A stretch of DNA of 64,000 nt from Wickerhamiella versatilis (taxonomy: Eukaryota): NCBI GenBank assembly GCA_030867685.1, contig JAQOWU010000008.1:4402001-4466000 (forward strand), in the 5' to 3' direction. The notes under the pieces were generated by a model. The model worked only from the letters and a program-made list of their open reading frames with translations, was not told where the DNA came from and did no database searches. Below, one piece after another: positions 43,341 through 54,039 of this stretch. The first letter of the stretch is position 1. Every line of letters starts with the position of its first letter. A program made the translations under genes and the position numbers.

Positions 43341-43913
43341 TGGAGCTTTCCAAATTACTTTGCATTTCTTTAAGCTTCGCTTCCCAAGTATATTTATCAA
43401 TTACTTGTAGTAAGCAAAGATAAGCAGACCAATAACCGTCGGTGAACGACAATCATATTGTATTTTCACCTGCCATCGCCCCTTACTGCTTTTCTAGGGC
43501 TAGCTATCAAGCAATGAGTTCAAATATAGATAGATGTATTTACGAACTACAAAATTTCATATTCCAAATGCATATTTTCTATCACTTTTGACAAGATTCT
43601 TACCCGTTATTATTTTCGATAAGCCCCACTATATATGTCAGCTAGCAAGATGACCGAAGGCCGATATAGTCATGCGGTTCTTGGTTGCTGAATGCGTTCT
43701 GGGGCATTTTAATATATATTTTCAAAAGCATTCTCAATCAGTATTTACCAAATACCTCGGATAATTATTCAAGACAATTCCTAGGCAAGATAGCCCACTC
43801 TGTTGACACCTTTCCCTCATTCACTTAGTTTTAGGTTTCAACTGGAAAAGATGTATCCTGATCTTGCAAGTTTTTTCTTTGGCTCCCACTAATTAATAGT
43901 TTTTTGCGCTCGC

Positions 43914-44213
43914 CTATTCGACCTGAATCTCGATTAGTTTATGCTCCCAGGAGGATTTATCAAACGTCTGGCCATAAATAAGTTCCAGCAAGGATGAACC
44001 AGGATGTGAACCCATAACCGTATACACATAATGTCCACCAGAGCCCAACAATCCATACTGCTTTGGGTCTTTGTGATATTGCCCATCAACCAAAATTAAG
44101 TTCAGGGGTAGCCGCTTCACCATCCACGTGTAACCAGTGGTTGGATTTGCATCCAGGTTTAAATCGTACAATTCGCCTACTGAAACCGTAAGCTTTTGCG
44201 GAGTTGACACCAT
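43914..44213 (-). CDS. Chagasin-like cysteine peptidase inhibitor (family I42)
   Basis: 99 aa beta-rich protein with NPTTGYTW, GLLGSGG and Y(GQTFD) loops matching the three chagasin motifs. Confidence 0.85.
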   Translation of the reverse strand: MVSTPQKLTVSVGELYDLNLDANPTTGYTWMVKRLPLNLILVDGQYHKDPKQYGLLGSGGHYVYTVMGSHPGSSLLELIYGQTFDKSSWEHKLIEIQVE

Positions 44214-44708
44214 ATTAGCCGCTGACAGCAGGACAGAGAACGGTTAGGTCATCCCTATCATATTTAGGTGATAGCTCTGGTTCTGGTTAATCATCATCTT
44301 TGCCAACATTTGCCTTACGTGTATTATGAAGGTCTTCGCATCCGCGCTTATTATCGTAGGATAACCATACCGATTTAACGGAAAGTGACTCAGATTAAAG
44401 CGTTAAGTAGCTTAAAAGCCTGTAAATCAAATCATTGACTCTTTGTTAAGCCAATAAATGTTAGTAGGCAAGTGAACAAATCCCTATGCTTAGTTTATGT
44501 GTTAAGCTATATTTATATCTCGGCAAACCCATTGATTCCATCTATTTTTTTATAAAGTGTCATCTCTGTTCTTACCGTTCATGCAGGTCTGAAAAGCTAG
44601 CACACAGCCCCTTGGCATCTAATCATGAAGTATATATCACGTAAAGTTCAATCAGGGGGTACTTACTATGAAGATATGCGATTAAATCAAGCTATCTATA
44701 CAAATCGC

Positions 44709-46034
44709 CTAACGGCCGATAAAAGTTCCAGGATAAATATCATAAGCGGCTTGCACCAATGGTGCACGGTCAGTGTCGGTATGAATCTGGCGTGTCCACA
44801 CCTCGTTCATCATCTGGCGCTGCTGAGATTGGATTTCCTTCGGCACGACGTTACGATAAGTAGTAACACTGCCATTGACAACCTCGGCAATGAGCTCAGA
44901 CACCTGAGCAGGATCGTACTGCTGATGAGGGAACGACAGTTTGGAGTAGTCAAAGAGGCTTCTATCCTGTTCCTCTGGATACCAGAATTCATGCGTTTCG
45001 AACAAACGATCATTGTAACCCGTGAGAATAGGCCCAGGATTCACAGTTGCAATTTTAACGCCGTACTCACGTAGCTCTTGGTTAAGTGCGTCTGCAAAAG
45101 CCTCAAGAGCGTGTTTACTGGATGAGTATGCACCAGCAAAAGGATCGGTCGTCAAGCCCGCAACAGAAGAGACAATTACGATAGTACCACTTCCACGTTT
45201 CACAAAGTTGCGAGCAATCTTCTGAGTGAGAAGAATAGTACCAAATACATTCACTTCAAACTGGCGACGAAGTCGATTCTCAGGGATATCAATAACAGCA
45301 CCTCCCTCACCGATACCAGCGTTATTGACCAGAATATCAACATCCCAGCTTGCCGCGCGGATACGGTCAGCCTCGTCAGTAATATCAAGTTTCCTAACTG
45401 TGATTGGCAAATCCTGTGCCCCGACCTCACGACGTAAGTCATGGACCTCGTGTGTGGTTTCGACACTAGCAATGACGTTATATCCTTGACGGGCAAGGAT
45501 GAACGATGAGTTCTTGCCAAATCCACTTCCAGCACCGGTGATCAAAACTGTAGGTTTTCCAGGGCTGCCCACATTGCTGTCAACAACTCTTACTCTAACC
45601 TCTGAAGAGCCATTCTGCTTGGCGGCCACAAGCTGATACGCATGCTTACTGTATCCAACAGGGTCATACTGGGCATTCTTGACCGCGTAGAAAGTGGAAC
45701 TACCATTAATTTGAAGGTGGTTATCTCTGACAGTAAGCGGAGATCCACCAATCGCACTGATGGCAACCTCGTTAGTCAACGGCAGTACAGTGAGGTTATA
45801 GTGAGCTCCTGTGACATTATTAGGCAAGTAGACGGTCGATCTCGAATCAGAGTATTGGAAAGTATCACCATTCGAGCCTAGGAATAGGAAGTTGAAGCTT
45901 GGAGCTTCATAAAATGATGAAACGTTCAATCCATTCGTAGCTTGGTCATTGGATTCTATGACGAGACTCACAGGGTGGTCTGCAAGTGCTGCTCCAAATA
46001 ACGACAGCAACGAGAATAGAATGGGTATCAACAT
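44709..46034 (-). CDS. Chimeric secreted protein: Rhd3/Pga29-like cell-wall domain fused to a bacterial-type SDR
   Basis: Signal peptide; about 135 aa domain (SSFYEAPSFNFLFLG...FYAVKN..YDPVGYSK); then VLITGAGSGFG, WDVDILVNNAG, YSSSK, VNPGP.LTGYND. Confidence 0.82.
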   Translation of the reverse strand: MLIPILFSLLSLFGAALADHPVSLVIESNDQATNGLNVSSFYEAPSFNFLFLGSNGDTFQYSDSRSTVYLPNNVTGAHYNLTVLPLTNEVAISAIGGSPLTVRDNHLQINGSSTFYAVKNAQYDPVGYSKHAYQLVAAKQNGSSEVRVRVVDSNVGSPGKPTVLITGAGSGFGKNSSFILARQGYNVIASVETTHEVHDLRREVGAQDLPITVRKLDITDEADRIRAASWDVDILVNNAGIGEGGAVIDIPENRLRRQFEVNVFGTILLTQKIARNFVKRGSGTIVIVSSVAGLTTDPFAGAYSSSKHALEAFADALNQELREYGVKIATVNPGPILTGYNDRLFETHEFWYPEEQDRSLFDYSKLSFPHQQYDPAQVSELIAEVVNGSVTTYRNVVPKEIQSQQRQMMNEVWTRQIHTDTDRAPLVQAAYDIYPGTFIGR

Positions 46035-47131
46035 AATTCTATCGGTAACCTTCTCAAAGATGGGCTTTTAAGCTGAGGGGTATGGGTTAGGTTCATTGCC
46101 GCATCATTTGGATGAGACCAGAATGTGGGTGTTGCGCATCGAGATTGAGACGAGTGCTGCGATTTTGACGAAATTCATCTGATAATATAAAACTATACAA
46201 TTGAATATTACTTTTGGAGACCTACTTATTACTTTTCAAGGTACTGAAGTAAGTACATAGGATTTGTGCCCGTCAACGGTCTTCATTATTTCAGGGCACG
46301 GGTTACTATCGGTCAACACGTGAATACCCCGAAATACCTCCACCAAACATTTATTTTCTGTTTCAGATGAACTATGATAGTACTATTGTATATATTGTGC
46401 AGTAGTAACCGGAAATACGCCCCAAAAGTAAATCCTCTTGGGTTGTAGAGAAGCGTGGCATCAGGTTATTATGAAATTAATGGGTTAGGGTCTGGGGTTC
46501 GAGAATTGTTCAAGAGTTTCGACTCTCCATCGGAGATTGAGGGATTTTGCGGTCGAAGATAGATAATAGAGAGCCAGAATGTGAGGATGCTTGATTTAGT
46601 ATCTCATTATAATGAGTCCCAGAGAAGTATGTGGTGTCCAATTGGTCTTCTAGCTGGTTGCCCAAATGGGTATAATTAAGGCTAGGGCTTGCGCGGAGCA
46701 ACACCGAGTATACGTAAATCACTGGAAAAGTTGTTGACCATTAACCATTATGGAGTAAGACCACAATAATAAAAATCGCTGTATCGAATATTTCTTCAAT
46801 TCTTTCAGCTAACAAAGCTCTACACTCGAGCAGCATTGGATTCTGATTCGTATGATGTAAACACCGTTCGATTTTTAAGACTTTGGTGAGCGGTCCTTGG
46901 TTGCTACGTTACTGCGTTACGGTAGCTGATCGAAGAAACCCTAAAATTAGCCCACCAGTCCCGGGAAAATCACTTTCGCACATGTTCTGACGGCTATTGC
47001 GAATAGAAGGATCTTGGCTGCAGGCACCAAAGTCACTCAGAAGGCATATAGAGGTATATAGTGAGCACCATCCCTCTTGCTTATGGCACATTGAGAATAT
47101 AAACGTTGTTCTATGATTTAAAGAAGTTTCA

Positions 47132-47701
47132 TCAGTAATGAATAATTCCATTAGATGACGAACTAATATCGCTATTACTTATTGTCCTCACATGGTACGG
47201 TAAGGAGTTAAAATTTCCTTCTGCGACCTCGATTGAATCAGGGCCCACCCCGGTAATGAAAGCCGCATGGCCAAAGTTTGTCAAATAGTGAACACCGTCG
47301 TAGTGGAAAGAAATTACCGACCCAACTGCCGGAGCGAAATCCACTGTGAGTCCTTTGGACCTGGCGTTTTGCGCCCAATCAGTGGCATCACCTAAGTTTT
47401 CGTAGTATTGCGATGATATTCCCGCATCCTTGAGAATATTAGCCACGAATCCTGTACACTGTCCCGGAGGATAGCCACCAACGGAGTTGTAATAACCAGC
47501 TGTCCCTGCACTTTGTACATTGACCTCATGAGGCTGTGCATTTGCATCAAAATGAAATAGGCCATTGGAATAGTTTATCCATGTATTCTGGTTTATTTCA
47601 CCATCCCGTCTGGTAATTTCTCCGCTATGGATATCATCAGACCGTGGTGCAGCAAGCACGTGTATTGAAAGAAAGAAGAGATGAAAGATTGATGGAAGCA
47701 T
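47132..47701 (-). CDS. Secreted CHAP-domain peptidoglycan hydrolase (amidase/endopeptidase)
   Basis: Signal peptide; YPPGQCTGFV (Cys), LGDATDWA.NA...G.TV...PAVGS, FGHAAFI (His), VAEGN (Glu/Asn). Confidence 0.88.
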   Translation of the reverse strand: MLPSIFHLFFLSIHVLAAPRSDDIHSGEITRRDGEINQNTWINYSNGLFHFDANAQPHEVNVQSAGTAGYYNSVGGYPPGQCTGFVANILKDAGISSQYYENLGDATDWAQNARSKGLTVDFAPAVGSVISFHYDGVHYLTNFGHAAFITGVGPDSIEVAEGNFNSLPYHVRTISNSDISSSSNGIIHY

Positions 47702-49398
47702 TTATCGTAAATTTCTGTGTGCTCTTTGGTCATGTACCACCTATTTAACTTTTCGGTTACCCTTGCCGAACAAAGATGATCTGTTTCAGGGTATGGGGGG
47801 ACTGTTCTACAGTTGACCGTTACAAGTTTTAAAAACACTTGGATACCAAAATGCCGGACAGTAATAGGTGTTTTTCTGTTTTGGAATGGCGCTAATTCAT
47901 ATACCAAGTTCTAAACATCAGAAACTCGCATAATCTGCATGCCATGTAAGCCGTTGAAAACCTAGCTTACTGACATTGATCTCAACTATATACACGCGCC
48001 GATATGGTGAGACTATATTCAGTTACTCTCTTATATACCCAAAGTTTTTTTTCTATTTCGAACGGCCTAATATTCCAGTGTATTCTTCATCGCACAACCA
48101 GGTAGGTGGTCTGCCATAAGATATCTGAAACATTTGTACTCTAGGGAGAGATATGCAGATCCCTGTGGTGCATCAGTTTCAATTCATGTCTGAGAGAGGT
48201 TTCAACTTCTTATGAACTAAATAAAATGATATTCCTTTCCAGTACTTTTGCAGAATCTTAGGACATATGGCATGCTACGTCTTAATAAACTAGAAAATAA
48301 GGCAAGATCCATTATCAGAAAGAAATGATAATCGTTTAGTATCACAGAATATTAATTTGAAAATCAAGGCACTGTAGCAGAGTCCGATTCTTATCTTGGC
48401 AACGCATAAGTAAAGAGTAAGTGGTTTTTATAGTGTTGAAAAGTGGAAGATGCGACCCCTTAAAAAAACCTTGACTTCATATAAAACAGTTCACACGTAG
48501 ACTTGCATCTTTTTACGCAAGCCCGTAATATGTCGCCAGTAAGAAACTACGGAAATAGTAGAGTACTCTGACTGAGAAGGTTCATTATGTAATAGTATCT
48601 CATTATCTGGATAGCGGGAAACAAAGAGAAACAGAAGGTTGTGAGCTACTGAAAGTCAGCACTCTTATATAAAAATGGTTTCGAAATGCACCCCCCATGT
48701 CATTTTGCTTGGCACAGATGGCTGCAGGGAGCGCTTTATGTTCATAAGTATGTGTGTCTACACCTGTTAATATCTCATTATGGCGGAATTTTTAGGCCTT
48801 TTTCAGCGTCCATATGGTCTGCGGCATGGCTGAACATTTGAGCAAATACAATGAGCGATGGGGAGTACATTTGGATTCATAGAAATCTTATAGTCCAGAT
48901 AGGTGATTATATATATACGCGCTTGAATCGATAGAATCCGAAGTGGTAGATTGTGATACGTTCTGCAGTTGTTACTTCTTGTTTTTAGGTATATTGATAA
49001 TGCATGATCCAATGTTCTCCATACGTACAGGAAACCTGGTGAGCTACTGGAATTCCGTTTATAAATTATGCCGGTTGTTTGGCTTGTCTAACATAAAGTG
49101 TCATATGACAAGCAATAATTTAGAGCCAATATAAAAAGAAACACTAATGAGATTCATGAAAGCATTATTTGGCTCTCAACTGGCACACAAACTTAATAAT
49201 GGCCTCGCTCTGAGTACCCCAATTTAATAAACTCTCACATTGCACTTAAAAATTGATGACATTATCAGAATAAACATGCTCAAATAATATTCTCAAAGTC
49301 ATCTGCAACTCACTTTTTCCGTGCGTATCAGTAAAGAATTTTCTTTCATATTAGTACACTAAATTGATTTACTTTTACATGACCCAAAGGCCACCAAA

Positions 49399-50400
49399 CT
49401 AGTTGTGACCATTGTAGCCAGCGCCCACCTGACCGGGGCATCCAGCCCAACCGTAGCTTCTAGCCGCACCGGCATACATCTCAGTTCCGAAGTAGATACC
49501 CTCATGGCCACCCCAGTAAAGGAAATCGAAGATAGGAGCGATAGCACCATAAATATCACCTTTCTTAAGAGTCTCGATGAGCTGGCTAGTGCCACCAGCA
49601 ATAGTATCGATCGTAACAAGCTTGGGAAGCTTGGCAGCTGGGCCAGACCAGTCCTCGGACTTCTCGAAATATTGATAATCAGTGCCATTCTCTGGGTTGA
49701 TCCAGATCAGGTTGTTTGGATGCAGATATCCAAGTTCTGGCAAGAGAATCCACGGAACCCAGTCCTGACCGTTCCAAAGAGCAACGTACTTGTCGTTGAA
49801 AACATCGTTGAATGAAGCAGCATATGATGGATTACCAACACGGGGTGGGGCATACGCAACTACTTTCTCAACATTACCAAACTGTTTCTGCAAAGCAAGT
49901 GCACCAAGCTGGGAGATAGCAGCACCCATACTGTGACCAATCACGGTGATGTTCTTGCCTGGGTTATCGTTAAGGGCTGATTCAACGGTGTCCTTCACTG
50001 AAGGCCATGAAGCAACATGCTGCGCGAGGAAACCATGGTGGACAAGAGCATTCCAAGGAAGACCCAATGAATCATCCGCGAACGCATGCTCGAAGTCGAT
50101 ATCGTAGAGGAAGTCTGTCCAGTCTGTGTTGTTAGTACCTTCATACGCGACGACAATGCCGTAAGTGGGATCGTCGAAGACATCAACTCTCTGTGCGTAT
50201 TGCTGCGAATATGGAAGAGACTTAATCAGAGTGCTGTTAGCAACTTTCAAGCCAGAAGTAGTGAACTCGCTGGTTGAGCAGTAAGTAGTCTCAACCAGTG
50301 CGGCCAAATAGCCAATGTCCTGGGGGGTGGAGGGTGGTGAAGAGGCAGCAGTGGCACCGGTCAAGAGGAGACCCAGCGTACAAGCAAGTTTCTGGAGCAT
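49399..50400 (-). CDS. Secreted class 3 lipase
   Basis: Signal peptide; VVAYEGTN, VHHGF, VIGHSMGAA, YAPPRVGN, DWVP, HEGIYFG. Confidence 0.92.
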   Translation of the reverse strand: MLQKLACTLGLLLTGATAASSPPSTPQDIGYLAALVETTYCSTSEFTTSGLKVANSTLIKSLPYSQQYAQRVDVFDDPTYGIVVAYEGTNNTDWTDFLYDIDFEHAFADDSLGLPWNALVHHGFLAQHVASWPSVKDTVESALNDNPGKNITVIGHSMGAAISQLGALALQKQFGNVEKVVAYAPPRVGNPSYAASFNDVFNDKYVALWNGQDWVPWILLPELGYLHPNNLIWINPENGTDYQYFEKSEDWSGPAAKLPKLVTIDTIAGGTSQLIETLKKGDIYGAIAPIFDFLYWGGHEGIYFGTEMYAGAARSYGWAGCPGQVGAGYNGHN

Positions 50401-51494
50401 TGTGAGATGTATGTACAGTCCCCCGGATCGTGTTGTTTAAATAGTCGGCATGTAGCTGAACGATGTGCTACAACCCTTACCTTGGATCACGCTCGGCGGT
50501 AGTCCGCTATGCAGATCCAAATTCTACCGGTCAATTTAAACATCGCATCACGGCATGATATATGCCGGTCTGACAGACTATCACACCACACTGCACTCTT
50601 TAAAGACAGTCTAGCTCTTTTTTGTCAGTTTAGGCAAAGCTTAACAACAGATAAACCGAAATCTTTGCATGGTGGGGAACTCCGTGGGGAATTATATTGG
50701 GTTAGGTTTATACGAATGAGATGACAACCCCAACATAACTGCCGACATGGAGCGAATTCCTACAAGACGATTAAAGGGAAATATCCCGTCCTATACTATA
50801 GCATGTTATGCATGTCTGATTTTCCCCCGCTCATCACCTATTTTGGTCCTACGTTGCTTGCTCCTTCTCATAGCCCTGGCCGTTTGCAATCGGTAGATCA
50901 TTTATTTCTAAGCAATGACATACTTCGATACCAGAAATGCGTTTGCGAACCACTCGATGATCGGTCCGGTCGATAAACTTTCTCAGACATCATTTCTAAA
51001 ACAATATTGAGCTCTAGAAGCATACCAATATATCAGTAAGTCTCTACATATGTGCTATGTTCCGACCAACTGCACAAGCGTTGTACGTTACCCTAGTACT
51101 CGTGGTTATATAATATAGTCGGCAGAGCAGTTTACAACTGCATGATTTTCGTGCAAATCCGACGCCAAAAGAGAATCAGCTAATATCCAGGTGAGGTATT
51201 TCGGAGAAAGCACAGAAATAGTGAGGTTATATCTATGTTGCCTCCAGCACTCGGTTAATAGCCATTAACCGCAGACTAGCAACCCTATTTTGTAAGCATA
51301 AACATATGCTCAACGTATTAGATCATTTGTCACACGATCGACCGCAACGGAAGGTGTTTTCAAGCGACATTCTTACCTATAAATCCGTGCTGTCGATTAT
51401 GAATACTGCTGGTTTCGTGCAAATATCAACTTCGTCTTCTCATATTGCTAAGTTAAATCAAAAAATAAATTAATGAAAGGCATAAAAAGGAATG

Positions 51495-53048
51495 CTAATA
51501 CGATGATGCCACTGGTCTTGATATCTCAGGATTCTCCTTTAACCAAGCCACCTGTGCTTTCGCAGATTCACAGTAAGAGTCGACATTTCCGGGCATCCAG
51601 TCCGTTGGGACCTTATGCTGCCCTAGGGCCCAGTCACACGCCATATCACGCATCAATGTCCAAATTTCCAGCTCTATGTCGTCTTCACGGTTCAATGTCT
51701 TTTGCACAGTGGACAGAGACCCCAAAAACCTATTCTTTGGTATCTCGTTGTGATACCTGTCCATTATCTTCGCCATGTTTAATTTTAACGTCTGAAAATG
51801 CAACGCACTATACACGGGAGGAATATCAGTCCTTTTATCGTGAAAAATCTCATAATCCCGTTGGAAGTTGGGCTGTAACCAGGCAAAAAATTGAATCTCA
51901 TCCTTCTTCTCATCTAGAGGGCCCAATTTAAATGGATCGCCATACGTTTGATACCAAGGTTCTCCTGTAACATGGGCAGCCGCTGGCCAAACCTCTTTGT
52001 CACCTTGACCAGGAGCCCTCTGCGACAGGAGTGGCCACCATATATTAGAACGTAGATTGTAATAGGTAGAAAGTGCCAAAGACTTGAAGTGCTGGGACTT
52101 TTTGATGAACATCTGTCCACTCTCGGTGGCCATACCAGGGATTGCATTTTCACGGTCAATTTGCAGCAATCTAGTCCCATTAACTACATCAGGACCAAGA
52201 CTAATGTTGGTTATATCATAAAAATAAGGTGAAGTAGTTCGTGGCCAGAAATCAGCATTAAATATCATGCCATATTGATTATAAAGAGGCTCATCGAACA
52301 GTTTCTCCACGTCTTCAAGCATTAAAGAGTCTGCATCTGTATAGTATATGTTTTCAAACGATGAGCCCAGCAAAGCTAGAGCTTTGTTTACGTATCCGCT
52401 CGCCTTCATCTTCTCGTAAAGAGCCCCGTACATAATCTCTTGACATATACATTTTACATTCATATCCCGCAAAATACTGTCACAATAGGATGCTTCCCAA
52501 AGGTAAACTTCGGAAATATGGAGTTCAATCGGGATATTTGCATTAATAGATCGTATCCACTTGATATTAATTAGAGCAGACACAAAATGATAGCCATCAG
52601 CTGTCATAACGATGCCATTGCCTCGCACTTGATCTGGAGCCATTTGCTGCGGCAAATGCTTTAGCACTTCGTTATGTATTTCTCGAAGGTTTCTGATTTC
52701 CTTTTTGCTCACCTTAAGATACTTTCGGAGCTGTTTCGAGGTTGCGGGTCTTTTGCCATCTGCAGCAAATTCCTTTATGTCAAGACGGATTTCTCGTCCA
52801 TATTTCGAAAGACCTGAAACATCGCATGGTACATCAAGCATAGCAGGAATCGTATGCACAAGATCGCGAAGGGTAGCCGGTTTCTGCTCAGTCTCCTCCC
52901 GTGAGATCTCACTTTCGTTACTGGGCAAGACGGGCTGGTCAATATGCACTCCATCTCTCTCTGCTTTGAAGTGAAAAGTATAGAACAACAGTAGCAGGAC
53001 ACCTGAGAAAATCACGCATTTCAAGATCTTTCCCGGTTTCCGTGCCAT
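51495..53048 (-). CDS. Alpha-1,2-mannosyltransferase, MNN2/MNN5 family (GT71)
   Basis: Type II membrane anchor, GNGIV, KALALLGSSFEN, DAD motif, DFWPRTTSP, TESGQ, GQGDKE. First ATG at 53048. Confidence 0.92.
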   Translation of the reverse strand: MARKPGKILKCVIFSGVLLLLFYTFHFKAERDGVHIDQPVLPSNESEISREETEQKPATLRDLVHTIPAMLDVPCDVSGLSKYGREIRLDIKEFAADGKRPATSKQLRKYLKVSKKEIRNLREIHNEVLKHLPQQMAPDQVRGNGIVMTADGYHFVSALINIKWIRSINANIPIELHISEVYLWEASYCDSILRDMNVKCICQEIMYGALYEKMKASGYVNKALALLGSSFENIYYTDADSLMLEDVEKLFDEPLYNQYGMIFNADFWPRTTSPYFYDITNISLGPDVVNGTRLLQIDRENAIPGMATESGQMFIKKSQHFKSLALSTYYNLRSNIWWPLLSQRAPGQGDKEVWPAAAHVTGEPWYQTYGDPFKLGPLDEKKDEIQFFAWLQPNFQRDYEIFHDKRTDIPPVYSALHFQTLKLNMAKIMDRYHNEIPKNRFLGSLSTVQKTLNREDDIELEIWTLMRDMACDWALGQHKVPTDWMPGNVDSYCESAKAQVAWLKENPEISRPVASSY

Positions 53049-54039
53049 TTGCTGACACACCTTTCACACCGACGAACAGGAAGCAAGGGGGCTATACTAA
53101 CCCTTGTACTCCTCAAAAGTAGGATGCTACGCATTCTTGTCCTTCGCTGGTGTGAATTCCTCTGGAATGCTGTAGGAAGCTCTGTTCTCTCTCATATTTT
53201 TGATTGCGCAAGGTCTAATACCCATGGAAATCCCGCTGAATACCTGTAACAATAAATGAAAGATAGCTAAATTATTATCTGCAATTTTGCCCGTACGTGA
53301 ACCTTCAAGTTTGGACTACCAGCGCTGTATGGCTAGTGGTACGAAGCTGCGCAGCCTGCTACCATTTTGCGGCAAAAGATGTTGCGCCGTGGCCACAAAA
53401 TCTTAAATTGCTGATAATTTATTAACTAATAAATAAACTAGAACTCTGTAATTAGCCAATGGAAATGGCTACGATGGTATTAGAAAGTCCAGCAGCATAC
53501 CAATACTGTTATATTTTAGCAGGAAATATATAAACTAACCGTAAATAGCTGGGGTAGTCACCATTGTTCACTTATTCAATATTCTATATGGCATGTAAGA
53601 CAGCCAATACTGCACTTTATTTCTGTATATATGCGCATGCTACCTACATCGAAATAGTGATAAACCAAAACTTTTTGATGTCGTTAAGTACGCAAAAGAA
53701 CTCACGTCAAACAAATATAATATGAATCTGGTAACACACAGAATATGAAGACGTTCTACAGATGATATATATCTCTCAAAACCTCTACAGCGGCAGGGAC
53801 TTAATTTGATAACTTATTTCACTGAGTAAATCTGACTTGCGAAAAATACATGTTTACTCCTGGGCCAATGACATCCGCCCCACTAATACAAACATTCATT
53901 CATTATTAAGTCAAGATATCACGATCCTGATTACTAATAGTGTTTGTGATGGTGCTCATTCATTCACCATAGTACGGTGTCAAGATTGTATCAGAAAGAA
54001 ATAAGATTAATTCTGGCTTAATTTCTAAGTATGGACTTC

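Noticed and set aside
46482..46498. GGGTTAGGGTCTGGGG and other scattered TTAGGG-like words as telomeric repeats
   Set aside because: Isolated single copies, not a tandem array.
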